Assembly: GCA_965240325.2 (NCBI GenBank)
Contig: OZ251224.1
Location: 3,038,001 to 3,102,000 of the forward strand
From: Rebecca billardiae RCC1528
Lineage: Eukaryota; Protista; Haptophyta
Direction of reading: 5' to 3'
DNA length: 64,000 nt
Both the position numbers and the translations under genes were made by a program. The notes below the pieces were generated by a model. It ran no database searches. It saw only the letters and a list, made by a program, of their open reading frames with translations, and had not been told where the DNA came from. This document shows, in pieces, positions 38,939 through 51,307 of the stretch. Within the stretch, counting starts at the first letter, position 1. Each line of letters opens with the position of its first letter.

Positions 38939-41564
38939 GATCGGCTACGCCGATCCTCGGGTAGTAAACAACGAAGTTGAGGGCGCACGGCCCTGACAGT
39001 AGTTGTCGCGTTCTTCACCGAATCACGATGCGCGCGCGCGCCCGGCGCGTCGCCGTGCAGGAGGCGCGGGCGCGAGTAATCGACGCGATCGACGGCCTCG
39101 GGGGGCTGCGCCGTGTCGCGGCTCTTCATTCAGTCTTCGTAACGCAGCCGGCTTGCCCCTCGAGCGCGCGCACGCACTCTGACTCGGCGGTGTCCCACGC
39201 CCACAGCCGCACGACCGCGTCGCTGTCGTCGCCCGCGCTCGCCGCGACGCGCCCGTCGGCCGAGAGTGCGACCGCCTCCACCCAGCCGGCGTGCGCTAGC
39301 AGCACAGCCTCGCACGGCCCGCGCGCGGCGAGCAGGGGCGCTCGCGCGCAGTGCTCGCGCCCGCGCGCCCAGCTGGCGCGGGCGGCCGGGTGCGCGGCGC
39401 GCGGCGCGCGCCGCGCCCACGCGGACTCGTGCGGCGCCGAGCCAACCGGCTGCTCGAGGCACAGCGCGAGGCAGCGGCCCGGCGCCGCGGCGGCGGCGGA
39501 GGCGCTCAGCCGCGCGAGCTGCAGCCAGTCTGCGACGCGCGCGCGCAGCGCTGCAGCCTCCGCGCGCGCGGCCGCGCCCGGCTCGCCGCCGCCGCCGCCG
39601 CGCGCGTCGGCGTCGGCGAGCGCCGCGGCCGTGTCCGCGAGGTCGCGCACGTACTCGGTCTCGAGGCCGTGCCGCGCGCGCGCCTCCCACCCGTCCGCGC
39701 CCGCGTCGGTGAGCTCGCGCGCCGCGTCGGCCGCGCGCCCGGCCGCGAGCAGCGCTTGCGCTAGCACCTCGCACCGGCGCACATTGAGCACGGCGGCGTT
39801 GCGGCCGGCGAAGGCCGAGGCGCGCGGCGGAGAGGAGCAGGGGCTGCGGCGCGACGCGCCGCCGCCCGTCCTCGCCGCCGGTGGCCTTCGGGTGGCGCAG
39901 CGGTTTGGCGGCCTCGCCCGCCCACGTGCCAGCCCAGAAATCCGCGAGCGCGTGCGCGTCGGCCGGGCGGGCGCACCGTGCCGCCGCCGCCTCGGCCACC
40001 TGATGACGGTGGTACCAGCGCAAAGGGCCGTCGCCGCCGGCGAGCAGCGAGCCGAGCGCGTCGCGCACGGCGAGCCACACGGGCAGCCGCACCACCGCCG
40101 GCACCCAGAACTCGAACACGGACGCCCAGCACGTCCTCGTGCAGAGGGAGCGAGTCCTCCAGCTCGGCACTCGAGAGGCCGCGGCGCGACGCGCAGATGG
40201 CGCCGCACGCACGAGCATCGCGCCGTGCAGCCGCTCGACGCGCTCGAAGGTGGCGGCGACGGCGGCGCGCGCGTCGGCGGGCAGGTGCGCTGGCGGCGGC
40301 TCGCCCGAGCGCCACTCCGCCGCCGCGTCGGCGAGCAGCACGGCGTGCAGCGCGCTCGGCGTCTCTCCGTGTGCCGAGCGCACCGCCTCGGCCTGCCGCG
40401 CGTCGAGCGTGCGCCCCGCCGCGCCGAGCCGGCCTCGCACCACCGCCTCAGCGTCCGCCGCCGAGAGCCCGCCGAGCTGCAGCGCGGGCACGCCCAGCTG
40501 CGCGAGCCGCGTCGCGCACCCGTAACGGTAGCCGCCAGCGTCACCGCCAGCGTCACCGCCAGCGTCAGCGCCCGCGAGTCGATCTGCGCCAAAAAGGACA
40601 GAGTCAAGAAGCGTGTCGAGCGGCGCGGTGGAGAGCAGCGCGGAGTAGCGCACGCGCTCGCCGCCCTCAAGCACCGCCTCGTGCTCGTGCGCCGCGAACG
40701 AGCGGCTCGCGCCGCCGTCCTCGCTGGAGCCCGACGTGACGACGCGGCTCCGCGATCCGCGCGCGCGCAGCCGCGCAAGCACCTGGGTATTTTTCGAGCA
40801 CTCTGTCCCTTAAGTGCGGCAGCTCAAAAAATGGCGTTTCGCTTCAAAGAATCAGCATGTACGTATAAATCAAGGGGCTTAACCAAATAACCTGCTTGAA
40901 TCGCTGTTTTTGAAGTGCGGTTCTCTTAAGAGGAGAGGGATGCTACTAATCTATGTTCCCGTGTATTACTCGTGTATGAATCAAGGGTTATTAAGGGGCT
41001 TAACAAGGGGCTTAACCTGATGATACCCGCCACTGAGAAGCGACGGTTCATGACATCATATCGCGTGCCTAGGCGTTTTTGATTAGACTTAGGCGAAGAT
41101 CTAACAAGGTTCATTTCGCGGGTACCAATAGACAAACGAGCCGCGATGACGAACGTCGTGCCATAATACGTTGATACTGAAACGTTGTTTTTGAAGTGTG
41201 GTTCTCTTCAGAGGAGAAGGATAATTGGAGACGATACTTTACTCTTTGAATTGGAATCAGCAAACCAAGAGTGTATATCAGCAGGAGAATCACGAACGGC
41301 CCACCATATAATTATCAGAAAGATGCAGACGCCTTTGTCCTATTCGAGTTCGATTTCTTCTATTACTTACTATCCAAGGATTAAGGAGCAGTACAAACGC
41401 AATCATGAGCAGCGATATCGAGTCAAATGCGGATTTCACACCTAAATCCACCTACAAAAATCCCCCAAATCCTGCGCGCATCCTCTTTTTTGATTTTGCG
41501 GAGCACGTGCGCCGCCCCCCCCGGCTTTCGCTCACGCTCAGACCTTTCGGGGGGGGCGTGCGCC
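38939..41564 (-). mobile_element. Helitron2-like family H2 copy B carrying a captured gene fragment
   Basis: AT|GATCGGCTACGCCGATC...GTGCGCC|AT; both ends match copy A. Confidence 0.75.
39126..40560 (-). pseudogene. Frameshifted fragment of a NACHT-WD40 (NWD/TEP1-like) gene
   Basis: TFERVERLHG..ASRRGLSSAELED..VRLP..LRWYH..LADFWAGTW..RRVAPQPL and a WD40 repeat (HAGWVEAVALSADGRVAASAGDD..VRLW), spread over several frames. Confidence 0.6.
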
Positions 41565-41566
41565 AT

Positions 41567-43441
41567 ACAGCATAGAGACCCCATTTCGCTGCTCATGATT
41601 GCGTTTGTACTGCTCCTTAATCCTTGGATAGTAAGTAATAGAAGAAATCGGAATCAAATAGACGAAGTCATCTCTGATACCTTTCTGATAGTCAAGATTC
41701 GTGTGTTGAACTGACCATAAAAAGGTGAGATATCGAACTAATTCTCTGGATAGCTGTTCACTGCTCAGATTCATCAAAGCGACGCGATATGGTATTGCGC
41801 GGGCAGCTTGAATCGACGTTCCCGCGCGCCCTTGTATCATATGGTTATCAAGCTACCCTTGCTGATATAGTTTTGGTCATCTACTGATACGACGTCAATG
41901 CGGGTGGCAATCCTGACGGGCCTGATGAAATCTCATGAGCATAAGAATTTCTACCGCTTCACGCACGACCCTTGATTCTCTCCCATTTAATACCGGCGCG
42001 TCCGGGACTCACCGGGAGAGCTTGACGAATATGAACGATAAACTTGAGCGGACAAATCTTCATAATATCTCCCTTCATGATTAATACTATGCCATGGTAC
42101 GGCCTTTATAGCTCGCGCATTGACGGGCGGGCAGCCGAGGCTCCGAACGCAGAAAGCCGCCACTGCCCATGTAGGCCGCCGCCGCACGATCGTTCAATCC
42201 GACAGACTCAGCGCAGGTGCGCGCGGCTGCGGTGGGTCCCAACGGCCGTCGGCATCGCATTCGTGCCTCTTTCCCCCCTCGCGCCCCGCCCCGGTGCCGA
42301 CCCGCGTCCACGCGCGTCGGCGCTGACGCCCGTCGCGCAGTTTCTTTGTGGCAAGCTCTTGGCAGCTGCTGCTGCAACTACGAGTCGCTCGCAGACGGCA
42401 GAGGTGATGCTGCTGGCGGCCAGAGGGCGATACGATGCCGTGTCTTTGACTGGGCTGTGCCGACCCATCACGGCCACGCGCGCGGTGCGCGGCGTGTGAC
42501 CTACATCGCCTTGCGAGGGCAGCCGCGGGCGAAGATGTGGTGCAGGCTCGAGGCACACTCGCCCCGTGCCGTGTGTGACGTCCGTGGCTGCTGCATCGTC
42601 TGGGAGCGGCGAGCGCACGATCAGCTTGCAGCTGCCATCGCGGGCGACGGCACTGTCTCGTGGTCAAACACAGCGCTCGGCGTGAGTGAGCAGCCCGCGG
42701 GAGCGGTGGCAGTGACCGAGCTGCGCCGCACCGCCGGCCGCACGCGCGTGCGCCAGTTGGGTGGCGTCGTGGCCTCGCCTTTCAGCCGTTTCATCCGCCG
42801 CGCAGGCCGATTTTACGCCGTCAGCAGCCATTTGTCGACGCGCTACGCGTCAGACGGCTGACGACTGCCGGGTGATCCGCCAGTGTCGGGCCGAGGTGGT
42901 CCCCGGGAGCGCGCGCTTCGCCGGCGTTTACTGTAACTAATCTGTATAACCCGACTGCTCAGCCGCATCACCCAGCGCAGCTTCGCCCGCGACGACGGCT
43001 TCGCCTGGCTACCACTGCTCATCAGCCGCGTGCCCGGCTTCGGCTCGGCGGGCGTCCGGTTCGGCCGAGCACGGCTGCAGCGCAGCACGCGAGACCTCGG
43101 GCTGGAGCGGCCGGCTGTGACGCGGATGGCGGAGGTGGGCTTTGGGCTCGGGCTGCCCATGAGCCACCACGGGCTGTACCGTCTGCGCAGATCGCGCTCG
43201 GCCCGGCCGCAGCCCTCCTGAGCGCGCGCCTCAGAGCTGAGACTGATCACGGGCAGGCGCACGAGCGACACTGCCGTGCGGCTGTGTCGAGCCGCCGCGT
43301 GTGCTCGCAGGCGCGGCGCTCGCATGGGCTCAACGTGGGCGCAGCGGGTGCGCGCAGCTGGCGCACGCAGCCACGCGCGGAACTAGCTAGGGCCGTGCGC
43401 CCTCAACTTCGTTGTTTACTACCCGAAGATCGGCGTAGCCG

Positions 43442-43444
<3 letters not shown>
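41567..43444 (+). mobile_element. Helitron2-like family H2 copy C (5'-truncated, head-to-head with copy B)
   Basis: 3' end GTGCGCC...GATCGGCGTAGCCGATC|(AT)n; 41586-41650 is the reverse complement of copy B's 41350-41414. Confidence 0.6.

Positions 43445-43522
<78 letters not shown>
43445..43522. repeat. (AT)n microsatellite
   Basis: Direct reading. Confidence 0.95.
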
Positions 43523-43525
<3 letters not shown>

Positions 43526-44090
43526 ACAGACGTGGCAGCAACGAACAAGCGTCAGACTCAGAGTGCAGCAGACACATAGATGATAGAATGCGTCCGCACC
43601 TTCCGTCCAGGTCAGACAGTGCGCCACCCGCAGCCCTGCCCCCCTACGGGAGCGGGGCCGGGGTGGACCGTGGAGCCGACCGCCTCGGCCTGGGGCTGGG
43701 GCACGCGGCGGCGACGGCAGATGCCGCCGCGGCCGAGCGCCTGAGTCCGGAGCACTTGGATGAGGGTGAGGTCGTAGTCGCTATCGCCGCCCGCCGACCT
43801 ACATAGCGGCGAGTAGCTCCGGCAAGCGGCAGCCGATATATATATATATAACGACGCAGACAACTTATATATTCGTCATCAGCTAGTCTTTGGTCTTATA
43901 GCGCGCTTCTGAACCGACGCGGTTAGTCACCGCTGATGTGAATTCGTCGGCTGATCGACTATCGTACTCGTACTCAGTACGACTCGTAGTCGGGCGACGT
44001 ACGCGGTACTCTCTGGTGTGTGCCTGGCCTAGTGACGCAGACGTGTACGCAGGCGGTCCGACTGTCCGAGTTGCTGCGGGTATTTGGGGG

Positions 44091-45540
44091 TGTTAGACTG
44101 ACGAAGAAGAAGCGTGGGTGCTCCCTACCGCGCGTGTGGGCGATAGGTCCACCGGAAGCGACCAGGCGGGCTAAGGACCGGCCCCGAAGGGGCAGGCGGA
44201 CGGGGTCACATCATCGGATGATGGGTCGGACAGCCCCAAACCCACGGGGTTTGGGGCTCCGGACTGGCAGAGATAGTGTCGGATCGTGCCTCCGCCGGTA
44301 CGTACGGGTAGATGTGGAAACTTACCCGCGACTCCTGTGGAACGGTGTCACCGAGGACTGGTGCCCAGTCTGACACTCCTCCTCACCGACCACAGCGAGG
44401 TGCGGTGCCTGAGTGCGCGTGCGCGTGTGCGTAAGTGAGTGAGTGGGCGCGTAAGGCGAGCGTGCGTGTGCGTGCCCGACTGTCTAGCTGCCAAGCTGTC
44501 CGGAAGCTGCGAATCGCAGCAGCGATCGAGGGACGTCTGGAGTTGCTCGCGAATCCGTCCGAGCAGTCGTACTCCAGTGAATGGACGCCTGCCGAGCTGG
44601 CTGACCAGGCTCGGGCTCGGCTTGGGCGTCGACGGGGGCGTGGTGCCCCAGGCAGTTGATCGAGCGATCGTGTGGTCGTGCCAGCTGCTGTGGACTTACC
44701 GAGATCCACCTGCCTGCTCCTCCTCGATGGGTCGCGTCGACGGCGACGGTGCACCACCGCGTGTGGGCTGGTGCAATGGGACATGGACTGGTCTCACGCG
44801 TAGAACCTTGTGTCGGCTTCGGCCGCAGAATGACGCTGCCTCGCAACCGCGTGTCACGAAGAAGCTGCACATAGCGAGCGCGGAGATGATCGAGCGGCGC
44901 GCGGTGTCGATCGACGTGATCGTATCCGCTGTCGTCTAGTGAACGCGTAGATCGCGCCTCATCTCCTCCTTGCAAGCTGCTCGGCCATCTTGGCGGTCGA
45001 GGGCTGCATTCATGAAGTCAATCGACTTGGCCGTCGAGACTCCTCCTGCATCTGAGCAGGGCGTGCGACTCGGCGCACGATGACGACGCGAATGTCGTCG
45101 GAATGAGGTACGTCAACACCTCCTCCTTGAAGGCTGCCGCGGTTGGGCTAGCCTGCCTTGGACCATCCGACTCAGATGTGAATCGTCTCGCGAGCTCGCA
45201 ACGCGCGATGCGCGCGAGCGCGTTCCTTGCGCCAGCGAGGTCGGGTCCGGTAACGAGCGCGTCTCGTTGCTGACTCCGATACCATGTTAGACTGAAGAAG
45301 AAGCGTGGGTGCTCCCTACCGCGCGTGTGGGCGATAGGTCCACCGGAAGCGACCAGGCGGGCGGACGGGGTCACATCATCGGATGATGGGTCGGACAGCC
45401 CCAAACCCACGGGGTTTGGGGCTCCGGACTGGCAGAGATAGTGTCGGATCGTGCCTCCGCCGGTACGTGCGGGTAGATGTGGAAACTTACCCGCGACTCC
45501 TGTGGAACGGTGTCACCGAGGACTGGTGCCCAGTCTGACA
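44091..45540 (-). mobile_element. Non-autonomous LTR retrotransposon (TRIM-like)
   Basis: LTRs 44091-44375 and 45285-45540 (TGTTAGACTG..CAGTCTGACA); PBS TGGTATCGGAG (minus, 45284-45274); PPT GAGGAGGAG next to the other LTR; GGGGG on both flanks. Confidence 0.9.
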
Positions 45541-46539
45541 GGGGGGTTGGCCTGAAATTGCCGCACCCGTCGCCATTGTCGCACCCGTCCGCATGCGTAT
45601 CAGCATGGGTCAGCGCTGCTTGAGCCTGAGGCCCTGCTGCCCGGTCAGGCGCGCGCGTCAGCGAGCGGGCCTCCACCCTCGCGGCACCGCCGCCGAAGTG
45701 CGAGACGCGGAAGGGGCTGTCTCGCCCGCGTACAGCGCTAGGCTGCGCGCCGGGCGGGACACGCCCACCACGCCCGGCGGGTACGAACTCCTCAGGCTCC
45801 GAGCGCCGACGCTGTATGTATGTGTAACGTGAAGCCTTATTGATGATGCTTGATAATATTATTACCGGCGTCGAGTCATTATTTACAGTTACGGACTACG
45901 GCGGAGCCACTAGCTAACTAGTGCATGCTAGCAGTAGTTAGCTCCGAGATTATTGATCATCATAACTAGCAGGACCGGGTCCGACCATGGATCATAGCTA
46001 TCATCATGGGGGTCGACGCCCGCCATTATGTGCAGCCCGCGCGTCGCGGGCGGCTCCGCCGTCGGCATCCCGGCCGATTCACGCCGGACCTCGCCACGTG
46101 CGAACGGAATTGCACGCTGGACCTCCTCTCGTGGGCCGTGCATCCACTCTGGGACGCAGGCCGACGTACGGCAAAGAGCTTCGAGGACAACCGCGGCCGG
46201 GCTTGGCGGCTTCGGCGGTTTTTCGGCCATCGCGGCCACCGCCGTTGCGCCGGCCAGGGCGGCAAGGGCCACACGTCTCGTCGTCAGCAATAACTCGAGG
46301 TGTGGCCACATGCACGCTTCGAACGGCGGCGGGCCCGGCGGGGCGGCACACCGATGACGCTCGTGGTCGGTTATCGAAACGGCAAGGCGTTCCGCACGGC
46401 ATAGGAAAGTACGAATGGCATATGCGAGCGAGTACTTCTCCACACGACATATTTTTGTAGGTTGTCCTAGGAGGCCCGTTTGTATGAAAGTAATCCCAGC
46501 AACGCCACATACATCAAAGAATCGAGATCGCGGGCGCGA

Positions 46540-46948
46540 ACAGGGTGGTGGTTGGTTGGGGGCTGGCCAGGGTAGGGCTGGAGGCTTCGGCCGCCAGTCT
46601 GATCACCCGGAGCCCGTTATAAAGGGGAATTTTAAAAATGTCCTATTATTTTGCCAATGTGGCGTCGCTCACAGCGCAGGCAGGTGTTTGGCGCGGCTGC
46701 ACTCTCGAGGTGGCTGGGATACAACATCCAGGTGCAGCACCCTCCCCGTGTGGTGTCAGAGCGCGCTCCCGAGCGCGTGCCTCCGAGCGCGGGGCGGCCG
46801 CTTGCTGCAATGGCCGCCTCGATGAGGTGCGGCAACGCGCCCCTCACCAGCCTGCGCCGGTCTGTTTTGTGGCGGTGTCTTTGTGCAGTGTTGGATGGCG
46901 TCAATCACGCCTTAACCAAGTGTGCACGTCAAAACATAGTAAACTGTA
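46540..46948. repeat. Rearranged pieces of the 8755-9210 repeat (one inverted, one direct)
   Basis: 46540-46632 is the reverse complement of about 9121-9212; 46726-46948 matches about 8755-8977. Confidence 0.8.
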
Positions 46949-47818
46949 GAGGAGTCGGGGGGGGAGCATCAGGTAAAAGTGTGTTGAGCCTCAGGTAAAA
47001 GTGTGTTGAGCGTAAGGGGATCCCACCCTTCACCTACGCTGACACTGTGACACATTGAGGCGCTCTGGTCAGCCAGACACGCGTGCTACGAGTGCAGCGT
47101 GGCCAGGAAGCATCACCCACTACTCCCTGGCTTACTTCACCCCGTGTCGGACGCCCTGAGTAGCAGTTCGCTTCATCGCGCGCGGGTGCGCGCGCACGTA
47201 GCCGCTGGCCGACGTGGTGAGCGCGTCGGGCGGCTGTGCACGCGCACGAATCGAGTGTCAGCAGCAGCACTCGCTCGCGCTCAGGCGGGGTAACATGTTT
47301 GCTCACTAGATAGGCGTCTGGATCAGCAAGCTACCAGCCGTGGTAGACGTTGCACCTGATGGGGTCGAAGGCTCGACCGCACGCCTGGCAACAGGAGGGC
47401 CACGAGCGCGCCCGCAACCACCGCCGCGCCTGCGTCCGCAAGGCGCAAGGGGGCTGAGCACCTATTATTGACCTTACGCGTCGCCCTGGCTGGGCCTTGG
47501 GCCAGATGTATCTATCCGCCTACCCCCAGCGTCGCGCGCAGGCTCTGAGACGGTTGGCGTCTCAACGGTCTCCTCGTCCGCGCAGTTGGTGCCGCATCAT
47601 CGAGGGAAGTGTCGTAGGCACGACCAAAATGACTGACCTGCTTGATGAAATCGGCCAGATCGACTGCCAGATCGTCGAGCTGACGAGTCGAGCTCGAACG
47701 GCCAGCGGGCCATCGAGTTCCGCGTCCTCAGATGGCAGCCCATCGGTGGGTCAATCGTCTACCTCGTCACCCATACCGACCGTACCGACCCTTCCGCTCG
47801 CCACACTGACTCTCTGAG

Positions 47819-48947
47819 CAAGGGCGGTAAGGGCTGTCAACTCCCAGTGGCGGCGGTGGCAGAGGTTGGTCGCCGCTTCGTCGCTGCGCGGCCTCGCTCC
47901 AGCGACTAACTCTCGTGGGCGCCCGCCCTGGGGGGCGAGTGGGGCGCGCACGGCGCGAGCTCCTGTGGCCGTGTACGCGCGCGCGGAGGCGGCGCGCGTG
48001 GCTGGGCAGGTGCTAAGGAGTGTATGTCGCCCTCCCACGCCGCGCGCCTTGCTCGCCGCCGCTTTCGCCGCGCCTCAGGCCAGCGCGCACGCGTGCGCCG
48101 CCTCCAGAGCCAGCCTCGGGCAATCGGCAGCCGCCCGCGCATGTGTGGTGCGCGGTCTGGTCGGCGCGAGTCGGTCGGGGCCATCGGGCGAGGCTCGCAT
48201 ACTATAGACGCGCGCCATGCTGCCTCGCGCCGCCGCGCGTGGGTTGTCATGGGTCGACACGCAAGCATCTTAGGTCTGACACGAACTGCAGCACGAATGC
48301 GAAAATGCTCATGTTTGGACGCTCATGGAGACGCTGGAGAGCACAATAGACGCGCGCAGGCGATGAAGAGCGGGGCAATGCACTCATAGGACGCCGTACA
48401 CGCGCCCAATGCGGCCGCCTATCACGCGCATGTGCGCTCACTGTCACGTATTCGAGCTCATTTCTGCTTGTCGTGCATTCATCGATCAGCTTCCTTCAAC
48501 AGCTTCACGGGATGGGACCGGGCCCATGCGCGGCGGCGCGAGGCAGCATGGCGCGCGTCTATAGTATGCGAGCCTCGCCCGATGGCCCCGACCGACTCGC
48601 GCCGACCAGACCGCGCACCACACATGCGCGGGCGGCTGCCGATTGCCCGAGGCTGGCTCTGGAGGCGGCGCACGCGTGCGCGCTGGCCTGAGGCGCGGCG
48701 AAAGCGGCGGCGAGCAAGGCGCGCGGCGTGGGAGGGCGACATACACTCCTTAGCACCTGCCCAGCCACGCGCGCCGCCTCCGCGCGCGCGTACACGGCCA
48801 CAGGAGCTCGCGCCGTGCGCGCCCCACTCGCCCCCCAGGGCGGGCGCCCACGAGAGTTTGTCGCTGGAGCGAGGCCGCGCAGCGACGAAGCGGCGACCAA
48901 CCTCTGCCACCGCCGCCACTGGGAGTTGACAGCCCTTACCGCCCTTG
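47819..48947. mobile_element. 1.13-kb foldback element (P/Galileo-like), 7-bp TSD CTCTGAG
   Basis: CTCTGAG|CAAGGGCGGTAAGGG...CCCTTACCGCCCTTG|CTCTGAG; arms about 420 bp, loop about 290 bp. Confidence 0.85.
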
Positions 48948-49134
48948 CTCTGAGCCTTGCGCCGTCGTCAGCGGTCAGAGCTCGCGCGCACGGGCGCCTT
49001 CGCGAAGGGTGGGACCGCCCACCCTTCCGCGAGTTCCGGCCCGCGCCGGTAAAAGAGATACCTATTACCTTAGTTAAGCTACACTAGTGTAGGCTACAGT
49101 ATACAGTGACTGGCGCCGCGCCCGCGACTCCGGC

Positions 49135-50114
49135 TCAGTACCCCGTGTCGCGCACGAGGTCGGTGTAGGTGCCAAATACCGCGTCCACGTCGCCCGCTGG
49201 CTTCTTGCTCGGCGCCGCCTTGCGCACGGCCGGGGGCGCGAACGCGTAGATGCGCAGTAGCTCGTCGCGCGCGGCGCGCACGTCGGCGTCGGCGCCGTCC
49301 CACGCCGTGCCGGCGAGCAGCGCGCTCGCCTCGTCCGGCCGGTCTGCGGGCAGGTCGGCCTCGTTGGTGAGCACGTGCTCGTACAGCAGGTTGGCGGTCG
49401 CGCGCCGCACGCGCGGGTACTTGTGCGCGAGCGAGACGAGCGCGGCGCGCAGCATGTACCGCCGGACGGGGAGCGAGGTGTACGGCAGCAGCGAGACGTG
49501 CGCGGACGCGCTCGCGAGCAGCCGGCGCGGCTCGCGCACGCCCACGGCCTGGCGGCGCACGAGCAGCGCGAGCTCGTCCGTGGGCGCCGACGGCGGCGGC
49601 TCGGTCGCGCCGTCGCCCTCCGCCTCCGCCACGCCGCCGCCCTCGCGCAGCGCGTACAGCGCGCCCGCGCTGGCGAGGAACTCGAGGGCGCGCAGCGCGG
49701 GCGTGAGCACGCGCTCGTCGTCCGCGTGCGCGTCGAGCTCGGTGTGCAGCATGCGCACGAACGCGCGCAGGCCGTCCTCGTCCAGCGCTGCGAGCGCGCG
49801 GCGGCGAGCGGGGCGGGGGCGCGCGTGAGCGCGCGCGGCGCGCGGCGTGGGCGGTGGGTGCGCCGCGGCGGCGCGCGCGCGCGAGAAGGGGCGGGCGCGC
49901 GCACAGCGAAGATGGGCGACGAGCGCGTTGCCCGCGCCGCGCACGGTCGACTCCGTCAGCCCGCCCACGCTCACGAGCAGCCCGAGCAGCGCGGCGCGCG
50001 CGTACGGCCGCAGGCCGAGCACGCCGACCGTGTGCGCAAACGTGTTCACCTCGCCCACCGCGTCGGCGCCCGCGCCCTCCGCGTCGGCGTCGGCGGGCTC
50101 GGCGGCGGCGTCGG

Positions 50115-50146
<32 letters not shown>

Positions 50147-51270
50147 GCGTCCGCGCCGTCCGCCTCCTCGCCCGCGTCCGCGTCCGCGTCCGCCTCCGCG
50201 CGCGCGGCTTGTGCGTACGGCGCGAACATGGCGCGCAGCTCGTGCGCGTGCGGCACGAGCGTGAGGGCGGGCTGCGCGCGCGTGAGCAGCGTGCCGAGGC
50301 AGCGCGCGGCGCGCAGGCGCGTGCGGTTGATCTTTTCGTGCGCCTGCTGCACGAGCGCGGCGGCGAGCTCCTCCGCCATGGCGGCCGTCCACACCGGCTC
50401 GGCGCCCGGCACGGCGGCGCGCGCGTCCTGCGCGCGCACGAGCATCGGCGCCATCGTCTGCAGCGCGCCCATCGCCGCCTCGCGCACCCAGCTCCCCACG
50501 TCGCCGCGCTTGTCCACCTCATAGTCGGCGCGGAGGCACGCGAGCAGCTGACCCCACACCAGCCCAACGAGCCGCTCGTCGAGCCCGTCGCGCGCCACGG
50601 CGGTCTCGTCCGCATCCGCCGGCGTCGGTGGCTCCGCCGCGTCGGCCGCGTCGGCGGTGTCGGCGGCGTCGGCGTCGGCTGCGCCGGCTGCGCCCGCGCC
50701 CGCGCCGCCCGCGCCCGCCGGCGGCGCGACGCGGAGCGTGGCCACGACCGCGGCGAGCGCGCGCACCGCGTTGCGCCGCGTCTCGGGGTCGCGCTGCTCG
50801 ACCACCTCGGGCAGCTGCGCGGCGCGGACGAGCGCGCGGACGACGCGCGCGGCGCACGGCAGCAGCTGCGCGCGCGGCAGCACGCTGAGCGCCAGCGCCG
50901 CGCCGCGCGTCGCCGCGGCGTTGTCGTCGCCAGTCAGCACGGCCGCGAAGCGCTCGCCGAGCCGCGCGTTGCGCGCCGCCGCGGCCGTGTCAAGGTACGC
51001 GGCGGCCATGGCGCCGAGCGCGGCGGCGGCGGCGGCGGAGATGGCCTCGTTCGGGTGGCGGAGGCAGTCGGCGACGGTCGAGTCGATCAGCTTGACCTGC
51101 GCGCGCCCCGTGCTCGGCAGCCGCGCGCTCGCGCAGCACTGCAGCACGCGGCACGCGGCCGCGCGCATCACCTCGCCGCCACGGCCGCGGTACAGCCGCG
51201 CGCCCTCGACCGCCGGGACCACGCCCTGCAGCGCGCGCACGTTCGCGCCGCTGAGCGCGCCGTGGGCGAG

Positions 51271-51307
<37 letters not shown>

